The position numbers and the translations under genes are program-made. The notes beneath the pieces were generated by a model. The model was not told the DNA's origin and searched no databases. It saw only the letters and a list, made by a program, of their open reading frames with translations. Positions 26,903 through 35,945 of a stretch of DNA of 64,000 nucleotides are shown here, in pieces; position 1 is the stretch's first letter, and every line of letters starts with the position of its first letter. This stretch comes from an uncultured archaeon (GTDB lineage: Archaea > Nanobdellota > Nanobdellia > Pacearchaeales > GW2011-AR1): positions 78,499-142,498 of the forward strand of contig CABMGO010000006.1 of NCBI GenBank assembly GCA_902385655.1. Reading direction: 5' to 3'.

Positions 26903-27118
26903 ATGGCAGTAAAAAAGAAAAAAATCGGAGCAGCAGGCCGTCTTGGCGCTGGCTATGGAAAACCAAAAGAAAGATTAAATGTAGTGGAACAAAAGCAAAG
27001 AGTTAAGCAAGTTTGCCCTTTCTGCGGTAAGACTGCAAAGAGAAAAGCTAAAGGAGTTTGGAATTGTAAGAAATGTGGTAAAATCTTTACAGGAGGCACA
27101 TTTTACTTACAAGCTTAA
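26903..27118 (+). CDS. rpl37ae: 50S ribosomal protein eL43 (L37Ae)
   Basis: GAAGRLGAGYG plus a CPFCG..CKKCG zinc ribbon. Confidence 0.9.
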   Translation: MAVKKKKIGAAGRLGAGYGKPKERLNVVEQKQRVKQVCPFCGKTAKRKAKGVWNCKKCGKIFTGGTFYLQA

Positions 27119-27148
27119 ATTTAAATAAGTAAAATTACTAAATCAATT

Positions 27149-27286
27149 ATGGCAATATACAAATGTTTTCAATGCGAAAAAAAGATTAAGTCCGATGAAT
27201 TAGAAAAAAGATTTGTTTGTCCTCATTGCGGTACGAGAATTTTCTATAAGCCAAGAACAAAAATGAAGACAGTTAAGGCAGATTAA
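27149..27286 (+). CDS. rpoP: DNA-directed RNA polymerase subunit P (Rpo12/RpoP)
   Basis: My translation: MAIYKCFQCEKKIKSDELEKRFVCPHCGTRIFYKPRTKMKTVKAD. It has a CxxC..CxxC ribbon and the conserved eL43-RpoP neighbourhood. Confidence 0.8.
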   Translation: MAIYKCFQCEKKIKSDELEKRFVCPHCGTRIFYKPRTKMKTVKAD

Positions 27287-27288
27287 TA

Positions 27289-27756
27289 ATGGTCAAAAAT
27301 AATTCTAAAAAAGATCGTTGCGAAGACTGTGGCGATGAATGCGAGTGTGATGATGATTCCTGTGAATGCGGTCATGATCATTCTCATGAGGAAATGAACA
27401 TGCCTATTAATCCTCAAATGAATTTTGATGCAGATACTCGGGCAGCAATCCAAGAAATTCAAATTCTCGAGCATAATTTTGAACAATTAATGCAACAAAA
27501 ACATTTATTCAATATGGAAATCAGCGAGACAGATTTAGCACTAAAAGAATTAGAATCCTCCTCTGGCGACGTATTTAAGTTAGTCGGGAGCCAAGTTATT
27601 ATAAAAACAACAAAAGAAAAAATTGTAACAGATTTAAATCACAAAAAAGAGTTATTAAATCTGAGAATGAAAAATATGGACTCTCAAGAAAAAGAATTTT
27701 CCGATAGAATTGAAGAGTTACGACAGCAAATTATGAAAAAAATAGGTAAGGCTTAA
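27289..27756 (+). CDS. pfdB: prefoldin beta subunit with an N-terminal Cys/His/Asp-rich segment
   Basis: Coiled-coil/beta-hairpin/coiled-coil layout (QEIQILEHNFEQL..VFKLVGSQVIIKTTKEK..IEELRQQI). The first ~35 aa read CEDCGDECECDDDSCECGHDHSHEE. Confidence 0.75.
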   Translation: MVKNNSKKDRCEDCGDECECDDDSCECGHDHSHEEMNMPINPQMNFDADTRAAIQEIQILEHNFEQLMQQKHLFNMEISETDLALKELESSSGDVFKLVGSQVIIKTTKEKIVTDLNHKKELLNLRMKNMDSQEKEFSDRIEELRQQIMKKIGKA

Positions 27757-27810
27757 TATTCATATTTAATTATAATAATATTTAAATACCCATTCTGTTA
27801 AAATTAAGTT

Positions 27811-28215
27811 ATGGTGATGAATTTTTTCAAGAGATTGAAGAAAAGCGAAGGTGAAGAAGCGGACTCTCCAGATTTCATCCAAATTGATTCTGGTTCAGAG
27901 AAATCTGATTCAAAAGTCCAAGTAAAAACTTTCGTCTTAAAAACCTACGAAGATATAAATCCGATCCTTAATGCACTAAGAGAGGGTTACTCAATTGTTG
28001 TGATCGACATTAAGTCATTGAAGGCAAAGGATGTTATCGAATTGAAACGAGTTGTTTCTAAGGTCAAAAAGACTGTAGAGGCGATTGAAGGTTCAATTGC
28101 AGGTTTCGGAGACAATTGTATTATAGCTACACCTTCCTTTGCAAAGATCCAGAAAGGCGTTGCGGACGTAGCTCCAGCAGCTCCAAGGGATGACATTGAG
28201 AAGTTTGGCTATTAA
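27811..28215 (+). CDS. sepF: cell division protein SepF (archaeal FtsZ anchor)
   Basis: C-terminal SepF/DUF552-like core (KTYEDINPILNALREGYSIVVIDIKSL..IEGSIAGFGDNCIIATP). Confidence 0.7.
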   Translation: MVMNFFKRLKKSEGEEADSPDFIQIDSGSEKSDSKVQVKTFVLKTYEDINPILNALREGYSIVVIDIKSLKAKDVIELKRVVSKVKKTVEAIEGSIAGFGDNCIIATPSFAKIQKGVADVAPAAPRDDIEKFGY

Positions 28216-28280
28216 CAAAATAATTGCTCAAATTTTTATTTAACTTATTTTTTAAACCGTTAATTTTTAGGTTTATTTTT

Positions 28281-28386
28281 CCTCATGCAGAGAGGCTCTG
28301 CAAGAGTCATCCCGAATTTTGGATTTTTTGTGCAGGTGAGGGAGAGGACACTTTAAAATGGCTAGTCTTTAATGCAGGAAAAGTGT
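28281..28386 (+). repeat. family 2 structured repeat, long form, copy 1
   Basis: The first 74 nt are identical to 36887-36960 and the whole 106 nt is near-identical. Hairpins: CCTCATGCA..TGCAGGTGAGG and ACACTTT..AAAGTGT. Confidence 0.9.
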
Positions 28387-28412
28387 TACTCTTATTTGCC
28401 TCTTTCTCACGC

Positions 28413-28781
28413 TTAGACCTTTGAAATACTAAATACTGTCTTTAATGCTACTATAATTGTCGCAGGAACAAACATAACCAAAAGAGCTGATAAAATCGTG
28501 CTCAATGAAGAAAGTATTGGGATATTTGAAACATAAATTAGTGCAGATTGACCGAACCCAGATACAATGACTAGGGCTAACGAGGCTATCAAGAAAGTAA
28601 TCGAATCTCTGTCTCCGGTATTTAAAAAACCAACTATAATCCCTAGAACCATAAGGAACGCGTAAGGGATATTGCTCCCGTACCCTACGACTGTTTTTTG
28701 GAGGATACCCATTATAACTGCAAAAATAACTCCTACAAGGAATGCAAACGCTCCGACGAGATTATCTCTAGATTTTACCAT
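28413..28781 (-). CDS. hypothetical membrane protein
   Basis: 122-aa ORF with 4 TM helices. Confidence 0.6.
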   Translation of the reverse strand: MVKSRDNLVGAFAFLVGVIFAVIMGILQKTVVGYGSNIPYAFLMVLGIIVGFLNTGDRDSITFLIASLALVIVSGFGQSALIYVSNIPILSSLSTILSALLVMFVPATIIVALKTVFSISKV

Positions 28782-28879
28782 ACGCTTTTATGTTATCTCA
28801 TATATATAAATTTTTTTAATAAAACTTTTCTTAAAAAACAGAAAAGTTTATAAAGGTGTAGTAACTCCAGAATTACAAC

Positions 28880-30538
28880 ATGTTAAACACAAACAAGTTC
28901 ATCCTCGGAATTTTAGCAGTTTTACTTGCATTTAGTTTTGCTAGTGCAATGAATGTTTCAACAACTTCTTTAGCGTTAACTGTTAATAATGGCTCTTCAA
29001 GTTCAACTTCATTTACAATCACAAATAACGAAACAGACTTAATTTCAATTTCTATAGGAACAATAACTGGCCTTGGAACATTGACAACTTCTGTTTCAAA
29101 TTCTAGCTTCAATTTATCTGCTGGAGAAAATAAGACAATCACTGTAAATATTACTGCTCCCTCTGCTCAAACAAATAATACTTTTTATGGTAACCTTCCA
29201 ATAACATCTAACGGTTCAAATCCTTCTCTTAATTTAAATTTAACAGTAAATGCTATACAAGTTTTACCAACTCCAGTAATTACTTCTTCAAATTTTTGTA
29301 AATCTGGAAATCAAGGAAATAATCTTTCAATAACAGACTTTAGTATAAATAACAAAGGAGAAGGGGATGACAATGATTGGTACTTAATGGATCAAGTTAA
29401 TATTGATGTAGAAGTCACAAACAACATGGATAAGAGAGCTAATAATGTAGAGGCTGAAATTGGGATATTCTCTGGAGGCGAAGATGTCACAAGTGATTTT
29501 AGTTTTGAAGATAAAAGAATAAGCTTAGGAAGTATTGGTTCAGATAATTCTAAGACTGCAACTTTCACAATCAAGAGTTTACCCGTGGATCTTAACGAGG
29601 GAAGTTACACAATACGTGTAAAAACATATATCTCTGGAAATGAAAATACTGTTTGCGATTCAACATCTGATTCAACAGATGTGACTAATCCCTTCGGTGA
29701 AGGAGTTATTGTAGCAAATGAGGTAGTTGGTACTACTGTTGAAGCTTCTGCCGGAAATGTTTTAGATCAGATAAGCATGGATGCAGTAAATCTTGGATCC
29801 TCTAAAGAAGAAGAGGTTTTAGTAAACATTTACAATAAGGAATTAGGGATAAATCAAAATTATCATCTAAGTAACTTAAGAGCAGGAAGTTCAGAACTTA
29901 TTTATTTCCCAGCTATTGACATTCCAGCCACTGCAATCTCAAAAACATACAAAGTAGACGTAACCACTTACTATAACTATAATGATGGAGATACTACTGA
30001 AGCAGACTCATATGATCAAAATTCTTACGATGATTTAGAAGACAATTATAACACTTTCTCATTTAATATAAAGGTTATCAATGGCCAAACACCAGTTGAT
30101 CCTTCAAGACCAACATTAACTGCAAAGTTAGATAATGACGCAGTGGTAGGTAAACCAATGAATATAACTCTCTCTTTAAAGAACAATGGAGCAGCAAGCA
30201 TGGCTACACTAGTTAGTGTCCAAGATTATGACTCTTGGTCTACATTAGACTCATTAACTCCTTCGACTTTGTTAATCGCGAAGGGTGATACAAAAACAGT
30301 GGTATTAACTCTTGTTCCAACAAAAGACGGACAACAAACATTCAAGATTAATGTTTTATACGATGGAAAAACAATCAGCCAAGATGTAGCAGTTAATGTT
30401 GCAAAGAAAACAGGATTCCTTTCCTCAGTATTTGGTGAAGCTAATTCAACTAGTTACTTGATCACAGGAATTGTAATTCTTGTAGCTCTTATTGTTGTAG
30501 TTCTAGTAGTGAAATTAATTAAGTCCAGAAAGGAATAA
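28880..30538 (+). CDS. secreted, heavily N-glycosylation-sequon-rich surface protein with a C-terminal TM anchor
   Basis: Signal peptide (ILGILAVLLAFSFASA), many N-x-S/T sequons, and a C-terminal TM helix plus KSRKE. The TATA box GTTTATAAAGG lies about 30 nt upstream. Confidence 0.8.
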   Translation: MLNTNKFILGILAVLLAFSFASAMNVSTTSLALTVNNGSSSSTSFTITNNETDLISISIGTITGLGTLTTSVSNSSFNLSAGENKTITVNITAPSAQTNNTFYGNLPITSNGSNPSLNLNLTVNAIQVLPTPVITSSNFCKSGNQGNNLSITDFSINNKGEGDDNDWYLMDQVNIDVEVTNNMDKRANNVEAEIGIFSGGEDVTSDFSFEDKRISLGSIGSDNSKTATFTIKSLPVDLNEGSYTIRVKTYISGNENTVCDSTSDSTDVTNPFGEGVIVANEVVGTTVEASAGNVLDQISMDAVNLGSSKEEEVLVNIYNKELGINQNYHLSNLRAGSSELIYFPAIDIPATAISKTYKVDVTTYYNYNDGDTTEADSYDQNSYDDLEDNYNTFSFNIKVINGQTPVDPSRPTLTAKLDNDAVVGKPMNITLSLKNNGAASMATLVSVQDYDSWSTLDSLTPSTLLIAKGDTKTVVLTLVPTKDGQQTFKINVLYDGKTISQDVAVNVAKKTGFLSSVFGEANSTSYLITGIVILVALIVVVLVVKLIKSRKE

Positions 30539-30570
30539 GCTTTTAACCTTGCTAGTTTATTTGTTATTTA

Positions 30571-31089
30571 ATGAAAGAAATCTATAGCTTAATTTTTAGG
30601 TATGTCCTTATTGTTTTAGCAGGACTAGGAAATCTAACTTTGTTCTATTCTATATTTACTCCACTCACGGTCTATTCTTCTTACTGGCTGTTTTCTTTTC
30701 TAGGAGAAACATTTCTGTTTGGTAATCTGATTCTGTTCAATGGGGTTGCAATTAATTTGGTGGCGGCGTGTATCGCAGGCTCAGCTTATTATCTATTGTT
30801 TATTCTAGTTTTATCGACGGCAAATATGTCTTTCTCAAAAAGATTAAAGGCACTCGTATTATGTTTTGTGTCTCTTTTTGTTCTCAATGTTATAAGAATT
30901 CTGTCTATGGGACTTATTATTCACACAAGTTACTTCTCAACCATTCATTTATTGTTCTGGTATTTTCTCTCAATAATCTTTGTTGTTTTAATTTGGTTTT
31001 CTACAGTAAAACTACTTAAAATTAGATCGATACCTGTTGTTTCAGACTTAGTTTTTTTAATTAAACTTTCTAAATCAAAACATGTTTAA
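30571..31089 (+). CDS. exosortase/archaeosortase-family protein (short, pacearchaeosortase-like)
   Basis: 172-aa polytopic protein with a candidate catalytic Cys in AACIAGS and the N-x-I-R-I motif (LNVIRIL), then His. Adjacent to a TM-anchored surface protein. Confidence 0.5.
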   Translation: MKEIYSLIFRYVLIVLAGLGNLTLFYSIFTPLTVYSSYWLFSFLGETFLFGNLILFNGVAINLVAACIAGSAYYLLFILVLSTANMSFSKRLKALVLCFVSLFVLNVIRILSMGLIIHTSYFSTIHLLFWYFLSIIFVVLIWFSTVKLLKIRSIPVVSDLVFLIKLSKSKHV

Positions 31090-31681
31090 TCAAATCTCGG
31101 AGGTCATAGGTTCCTTGCTTATGAGTTATCCTGCACAAGCAATATCTCTTATTTTTCTTCTTATATTCTGCGAGACAGGACTCGTAGTTACTCCGTTTCT
31201 TCCAGGAGATTCATTACTTTTCATATTAGGTGCGCTCCTCTCTGCGATTAAACTTTGGCAAATAATAGTCCTAATTATTTTCTTGTCCACAGCAGCGATT
31301 TTAGGGAATATTATTAATTATTCTATCGGGAAATACCTCGGGAGCGTTATCTTATCCAAGAAATGGATTAAAAAAGAATATCTAAAAAGAACCGAAAAAT
31401 TTTACAAGAAATATGGTGTAAAAACAATAATTCTATCGAGGTTTATTCCAGTTGTAAGGACTATTGCTCCTTTTGTTGCAGGACTTGGGAAAATGAACGC
31501 TAGAAAGTTTATTCTTTTTAACATTATCGGCGGATTTTTGTGGGTATCTATCTTCATTTTTGGAGGCTATTTCTTTGGTTCGATTCCATTAGTCAAGAAT
31601 AACCTCTCATTATTGATGCTACTGATAATAATTATTTCAATTATACCTGCTCTGATACACTATCTGAAATCTAAATCTTAG
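31082..31681 (+). CDS. DedA/VTT-domain membrane protein
   Basis: FCETGLVVTPFLPGDSLLF..SRFIPVVRTIAPFVAG, the DedA pattern. Confidence 0.8.
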   Translation: MFNQISEVIGSLLMSYPAQAISLIFLLIFCETGLVVTPFLPGDSLLFILGALLSAIKLWQIIVLIIFLSTAAILGNIINYSIGKYLGSVILSKKWIKKEYLKRTEKFYKKYGVKTIILSRFIPVVRTIAPFVAGLGKMNARKFILFNIIGGFLWVSIFIFGGYFFGSIPLVKNNLSLLMLLIIIISIIPALIHYLKSKS

Positions 31682-32327
31682 CCTTGTTTATTTGTGCTAT
31701 CGTTCCAACAACTAATCTTTCCACCGTTTCAATATTCTGACACTCTCCAACTTTGACTATGAAACAGTTATCTTTTTCTCCTTGTTCAATCGACGGTGAA
31801 TTTGATTTCTGTACCATAAACACGGTATGTTCTGCGCTAGCATTATCACAGGTGATATACGACCAATTTTGAGCTTTTGCCATTTCAGAATCGTTAGTAG
31901 CCATGTCTATCTTCTCAACCCATGGGAATGCACTTAAAAATTGGCCCATTAAACTTTGGCCCAGAATTGCACTTTTACAAAAAGTAGCATCTGGCTCAAA
32001 ACTTATACTCACGTTTTTTGAGATACTAATGTTTGCATTTAGGGAGATATTATTTTTTCTAGGATCAGTTCTTAGATACATTTCGTAATAATGTATAAAC
32101 TTTCCTTGATAAATTACTGGAAATGTTCCGTGGTAAAAAGTTACTTTTTCATATTTAGTTTTTTCAAAATTTATTCCTGCATAGCTAAATTTCTCAAATA
32201 ACTGATGATAAATATAGGGAGTAGAGACTAACGCTATTAAAAAAACTACTATTGCAGAAAATACTAGCATTGCCTGTTTATCTAGGGGATTAGTTTCTTT
32301 TTTCTTTACAATTTTTTTTCTAGCCAT
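31671..32327 (-). CDS. hypothetical membrane-anchored extracellular protein
   Basis: 218-aa ORF with an N-terminal TM anchor. Confidence 0.6.
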   Translation of the reverse strand: MARKKIVKKKETNPLDKQAMLVFSAIVVFLIALVSTPYIYHQLFEKFSYAGINFEKTKYEKVTFYHGTFPVIYQGKFIHYYEMYLRTDPRKNNISLNANISISKNVSISFEPDATFCKSAILGQSLMGQFLSAFPWVEKIDMATNDSEMAKAQNWSYITCDNASAEHTVFMVQKSNSPSIEQGEKDNCFIVKVGECQNIETVERLVVGTIAQINKAKI

Positions 32328-32366
32328 AATTTAATCAGTTTAAAATCGTTTATAAGCCTTATGAAA

Positions 32367-32948
32367 CTAAGCGATGTTAAATAATCTGTAAACAAATTTG
32401 TCCGTTGCTACAAAAAAGTCTCCCTTTAAATAAACACACTTATCTTTAACCTCTACTGACGTGTTTGTAGCTTCTTCATATACAATGACATAAGAACTGC
32501 AATCTTTGATCGGCAAATCTTTGTTAACACAATTAGTCTGATTAATTAAGCAGGCTTCTTGAATTTTAGAAGCAATACCCTCGAGAGCAGCAGATAGTGT
32601 GCTTACGGCGATGTTGGAGTTAACTACATAGAGATTATTTCCAGAATAATTTCCTAAAGATGGAAGAATGCTTGAGATAGTTACATTGCTAATATTTTGA
32701 GGAAGGTTTGTAAAATATAATATTTTGTTTCCCAATTGTGTTTGCCAATAATTGTTCCCCTGAGTAAAAACTAGATTTCCATATTGCACTTTTTGAACCT
32801 TACTTGTAGAGCCATCTCTGCTCATTATTGCGTACCCTGCGCTAGACAAAACTATCAAAACCATCATGACAATTCCGAGAATAATCTGATTTCGTTTTTT
32901 CTCCTTTTCAATAGCCTCTTGCGTTTTTATTTTTCTGATCATATACAT
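32367..32948 (-). CDS. hypothetical membrane-anchored extracellular protein
   Basis: 193-aa ORF with an N-terminal TM anchor and N-x-S/T sequons. Confidence 0.6.
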   Translation of the reverse strand: MYMIRKIKTQEAIEKEKKRNQIILGIVMMVLIVLSSAGYAIMSRDGSTSKVQKVQYGNLVFTQGNNYWQTQLGNKILYFTNLPQNISNVTISSILPSLGNYSGNNLYVVNSNIAVSTLSAALEGIASKIQEACLINQTNCVNKDLPIKDCSSYVIVYEEATNTSVEVKDKCVYLKGDFFVATDKFVYRLFNIA

Positions 32949-33025
32949 AAAATCCGTCGGTTATTTATAAATATTTCGAGAGGTCTCTCATACCTTGAAG
33001 AAAAAAAGAAACCAAAAAAAAACCC

Positions 33026-33080
33026 ACACTTTTCCTGCATAACAAACAAGCTATTCCAAAGTGTCCTTCCCTGCGGAAGG
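33026..33080 (-). repeat. family 2 structured repeat, short form
   Basis: The minus strand reads CCTTCCGCAGGGAAGG-ACACTTTGGAATAG..TTATGCAGGAAAAGTGT. This matches the right half of the long form and the short copy at 63444-63498. Confidence 0.8.
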
Positions 33081-33133
33081 AAAAAAGAAAAAAGGGCAAA
33101 GTTCTATTTGTTATTTAAGCGGTGATAGAAAAT

Positions 33134-33200
33134 TTTTCGCTTTGAGCAAATTTACTTTTATTTTAATATTTGCGAAATGCAAAAAATTTTGAAGTTGCAG
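33134..33200 (+). repeat. family 1 core, solo copy (no tRNA attached)
   Basis: TTTTCGCTTTGAGCAAAT..ATTTGCGAAATGCAAAAAATTTTGAAGTTGCAG. Confidence 0.8.
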
Positions 33201-33269
33201 GTCTGCAACTGCGTTTTCTTAGTTACGTGGCTTTTTGCCCAGCTAGTAACTAAAAATCAAAGAAAAAGA

Positions 33270-33304
33270 TAAAAATAAAAAAAAGAAAAAAGGGCAAAAA
33301 GCCC
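33270..33304 (-). terminator. hairpin plus T-run downstream of the S-layer gene
   Basis: The minus strand reads GGGC-TTTTT-GCCC followed by TTTTTTCTTTTTTTT, 12 nt after the stop codon. Confidence 0.65.
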
Positions 33305-33315
33305 TAATTGTTTGT

Positions 33316-35604
33316 TTAAGCTGTGATAGCAGTTGCAGTTGTAGCAGATGTTACTTTCAACTTAGATCCAACAGTAGCATTTACGTTGTTATTAGACAAG
33401 TAAGTTATAGCCTTTGTTGTATCTTCAGCATTGAAACCAGCGACAAGTAAAGCAGTTTTACCGCTTCTTGCGAAAGATTCAATTAAAGCTTCACCGGATT
33501 TGATTCCAGTAGCAGCTGTGAAAGCATCGCCACATAGAGCACCACCAAGTAATTCAGCAGCAACAGTATTTACGCAAGAACCGCCGATAACGACTAAATT
33601 CTTACCAGACGCAGAGGAAACCTCATTGTCATAAACTGTCATTACACCAACACTTGATGCTGATGTACCTGAAGTAACTGTAGCACCTGGAGCTGTTACG
33701 AATACATTTGCATATACTTCGCCTCCATGGTATGTTACTGTAGCAGAACCTTGAGCAGCACTAGGATCGTTTAAAACAACCTTAGTAGCTAACTTGCTAG
33801 AGACATAACCTTCGTAGTCATCTGAGTCTTGTATTCTTAATGTAGGAACACTTACTGCAGAAACATCTGTCTTATTTTCACTATCGATTGAGCTTACTTT
33901 TGTAGTAGCAGTGAAAGAACCGCCTTGAGCAATCTTTCCATCCTCGTTAGCTTCATTGAAGACAAGAGCGAAGTTGTCAGTGTCAACAATATCTGTTGTA
34001 GGTAATGTAATCTTCATACCCTTTGGAGTATATACTGTACTGAAGTTTGTTTTTGTGGAGTCAGCAGTTAAGTTTACCCATCTGTTTGTAGATGTAGCAT
34101 TAACGTCTGATACTGTTAAAACAGTATTTCCAACTTTACAAGTTCTTCCAGCAATTACATCTGTACAAATGTCATTTCCTGTAATTTCATTTGTGATAGT
34201 TACAGAATCAGCATCATTTGAATCAAATCCTGTTGTTGCAGAAAGTAAATAAGTTTCAGCCTCGGAACTTGAGTTCCAAGAAACTACAAACCATTTATTC
34301 TTTGCACTTTCATTGTAAACTAAGTTTGTATCTGTAGAAGTTACTAATACATTATTAGCATCCTTTCCAAGACCCAAAATAGTTCCATTGGATTGATTTA
34401 TGTAGTATAAGTCAAGACTCATAGCACCATCTTTTATTGGAGCTTCAAGTTTGATCTTTTCTCTACCATCAACATTTACTTTTGTTACTTCTTGAGCAGG
34501 CATTGTTATGTCTGCCATTTGAAGATTTACATTTCCAAATAAAGGAACAGTTAAGTTTCCTTGTTCTGGAGTAACGAAAGTATCTTTGTCAACTTTCCAT
34601 GTGAATCCGAATGAGTTCAGAGTAGTTCCAAGGTCAACATTTGCAACCAAGTTTCTCTCTGTATTCTTATCATTGGATTTTACATTTTGTCCGTCTCTAA
34701 GTTCTATTTTACCAGTACCAATACTAAATTCAACTTTGTTAGCGTCCTTTTCTCTAGTAGCTTTGATAACTTCCTTAACACCTATATAACCTCCATCAGA
34801 AAGTTTATATGTGTCTCCTTTTGCAAGGGCCTCAGTTGTTTCTCCGTTGATTACCAACTTAGCAACATCTTCGTTTGAAGAAGTGTATACACTACTTATA
34901 GAAACTTCGTAACTCTTACCACCTGCAGTTAATGTAACTGCACCTCCGTCTGCATCAGTTGCTGTTGCACTTGAAGCAGAATCTAGAAGCACGATTTTAT
35001 TAGCGTCATAGTCAAGGATATAATATGGTTTACCCATCATTGTAATTTCCTTGTCTTTGATTGTGCTATTATTTGGGGCAGTATTGAAACTTAAAGAATA
35101 TGTCATAACTTCATCTCCAGAATTCAAGAAGAATCCCAAAGCTGGTGTGTCTGACTTGTATCCATTATCGCTAAAGTGAGTAAAGTTTAAGTTATCACTT
35201 AAGTCAATAGTTTGTTGATAGTTATATTCTTTATTATCTTTTCCCTTGAAGACTTGATCTGCTAAAAGGTTTGTCAATTCATCTTTCGATAAAGCGATTC
35301 CCATAACAGTCGCAGCTCCTTGGTTTAAGTTGAATTTCTGAGAAGCTCTCTCTATTTTTACAGAATCTCCTCCTGTAACAGTAGCTGTTGTAGCAGCTGT
35401 AGCTGTAGCAGGTGCAAGATTTGCAGTTAAGTCTATTGCAGCTTTCAAATCACTTGAAGCAGCCTTTTGGCCAACAACAAGAGCAACGCCTCCGTCTGTA
35501 AAAGAAGAAGGTGTGAAACTAGCAGCAGCTGCAAAAGCAGCTGTAGAACCTAACATTAAAGCGCTTCCTAATACTGTAGCAACTTTTTTGTAATTAATTT
35601 TCAT
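33316..35604 (-). CDS. S-layer protein (Methanococcales-type N- and C-terminal S-layer domains)
   Basis: Signal peptide, N-terminal GGVALVVGQKAASSDLKAAIDL and C-terminal KNLVVIGGSCVNTVAAELLG..ALLVAGFNAEDTTKA. Strong GGAGGT sits 10 nt before the ATG. Long leader and strong terminator. Confidence 0.8.
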   Translation of the reverse strand: MKINYKKVATVLGSALMLGSTAAFAAAASFTPSSFTDGGVALVVGQKAASSDLKAAIDLTANLAPATATAATTATVTGGDSVKIERASQKFNLNQGAATVMGIALSKDELTNLLADQVFKGKDNKEYNYQQTIDLSDNLNFTHFSDNGYKSDTPALGFFLNSGDEVMTYSLSFNTAPNNSTIKDKEITMMGKPYYILDYDANKIVLLDSASSATATDADGGAVTLTAGGKSYEVSISSVYTSSNEDVAKLVINGETTEALAKGDTYKLSDGGYIGVKEVIKATREKDANKVEFSIGTGKIELRDGQNVKSNDKNTERNLVANVDLGTTLNSFGFTWKVDKDTFVTPEQGNLTVPLFGNVNLQMADITMPAQEVTKVNVDGREKIKLEAPIKDGAMSLDLYYINQSNGTILGLGKDANNVLVTSTDTNLVYNESAKNKWFVVSWNSSSEAETYLLSATTGFDSNDADSVTITNEITGNDICTDVIAGRTCKVGNTVLTVSDVNATSTNRWVNLTADSTKTNFSTVYTPKGMKITLPTTDIVDTDNFALVFNEANEDGKIAQGGSFTATTKVSSIDSENKTDVSAVSVPTLRIQDSDDYEGYVSSKLATKVVLNDPSAAQGSATVTYHGGEVYANVFVTAPGATVTSGTSASSVGVMTVYDNEVSSASGKNLVVIGGSCVNTVAAELLGGALCGDAFTAATGIKSGEALIESFARSGKTALLVAGFNAEDTTKAITYLSNNNVNATVGSKLKVTSATTATAITA

Positions 35605-35945
35605 TTATTATAAACCTCCTTTCAGCACTATCAGATTAGCCACCTTTTTCAAGGCTCCCAAAGGGATTAACTTTCTAATAGTCTGGCCGGATCTCATAAA
35701 TAGGGAATTACGAGTTGTAATCACTAGGCATATTACCTATGTAATATACAAACACTCTAATTCCTGGGCCTTTTTAAACCTTATCGTTCCTAAACCGAAT
35801 AACTTGTTTTTTTAGCTAGTTTATTTATAAAGCTTATTATTTCTTCAATAGGTTTTACATAATTTAGAAAAATTTAAATATATGGTAATACATTCCATAT
35901 ATTATTATTTTTCTCGAGGAAAAAAATAAATAAAAAATAAAAAAA

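Noticed and set aside
28224-28424. A 66-aa ORF (MLKFLFNLFF..).
   Set aside because: It is encoded almost entirely by family 2 repeat copy 1. The equivalent reading of copy 2 is fused to a different gene, so this is a repeat-derived artefact.
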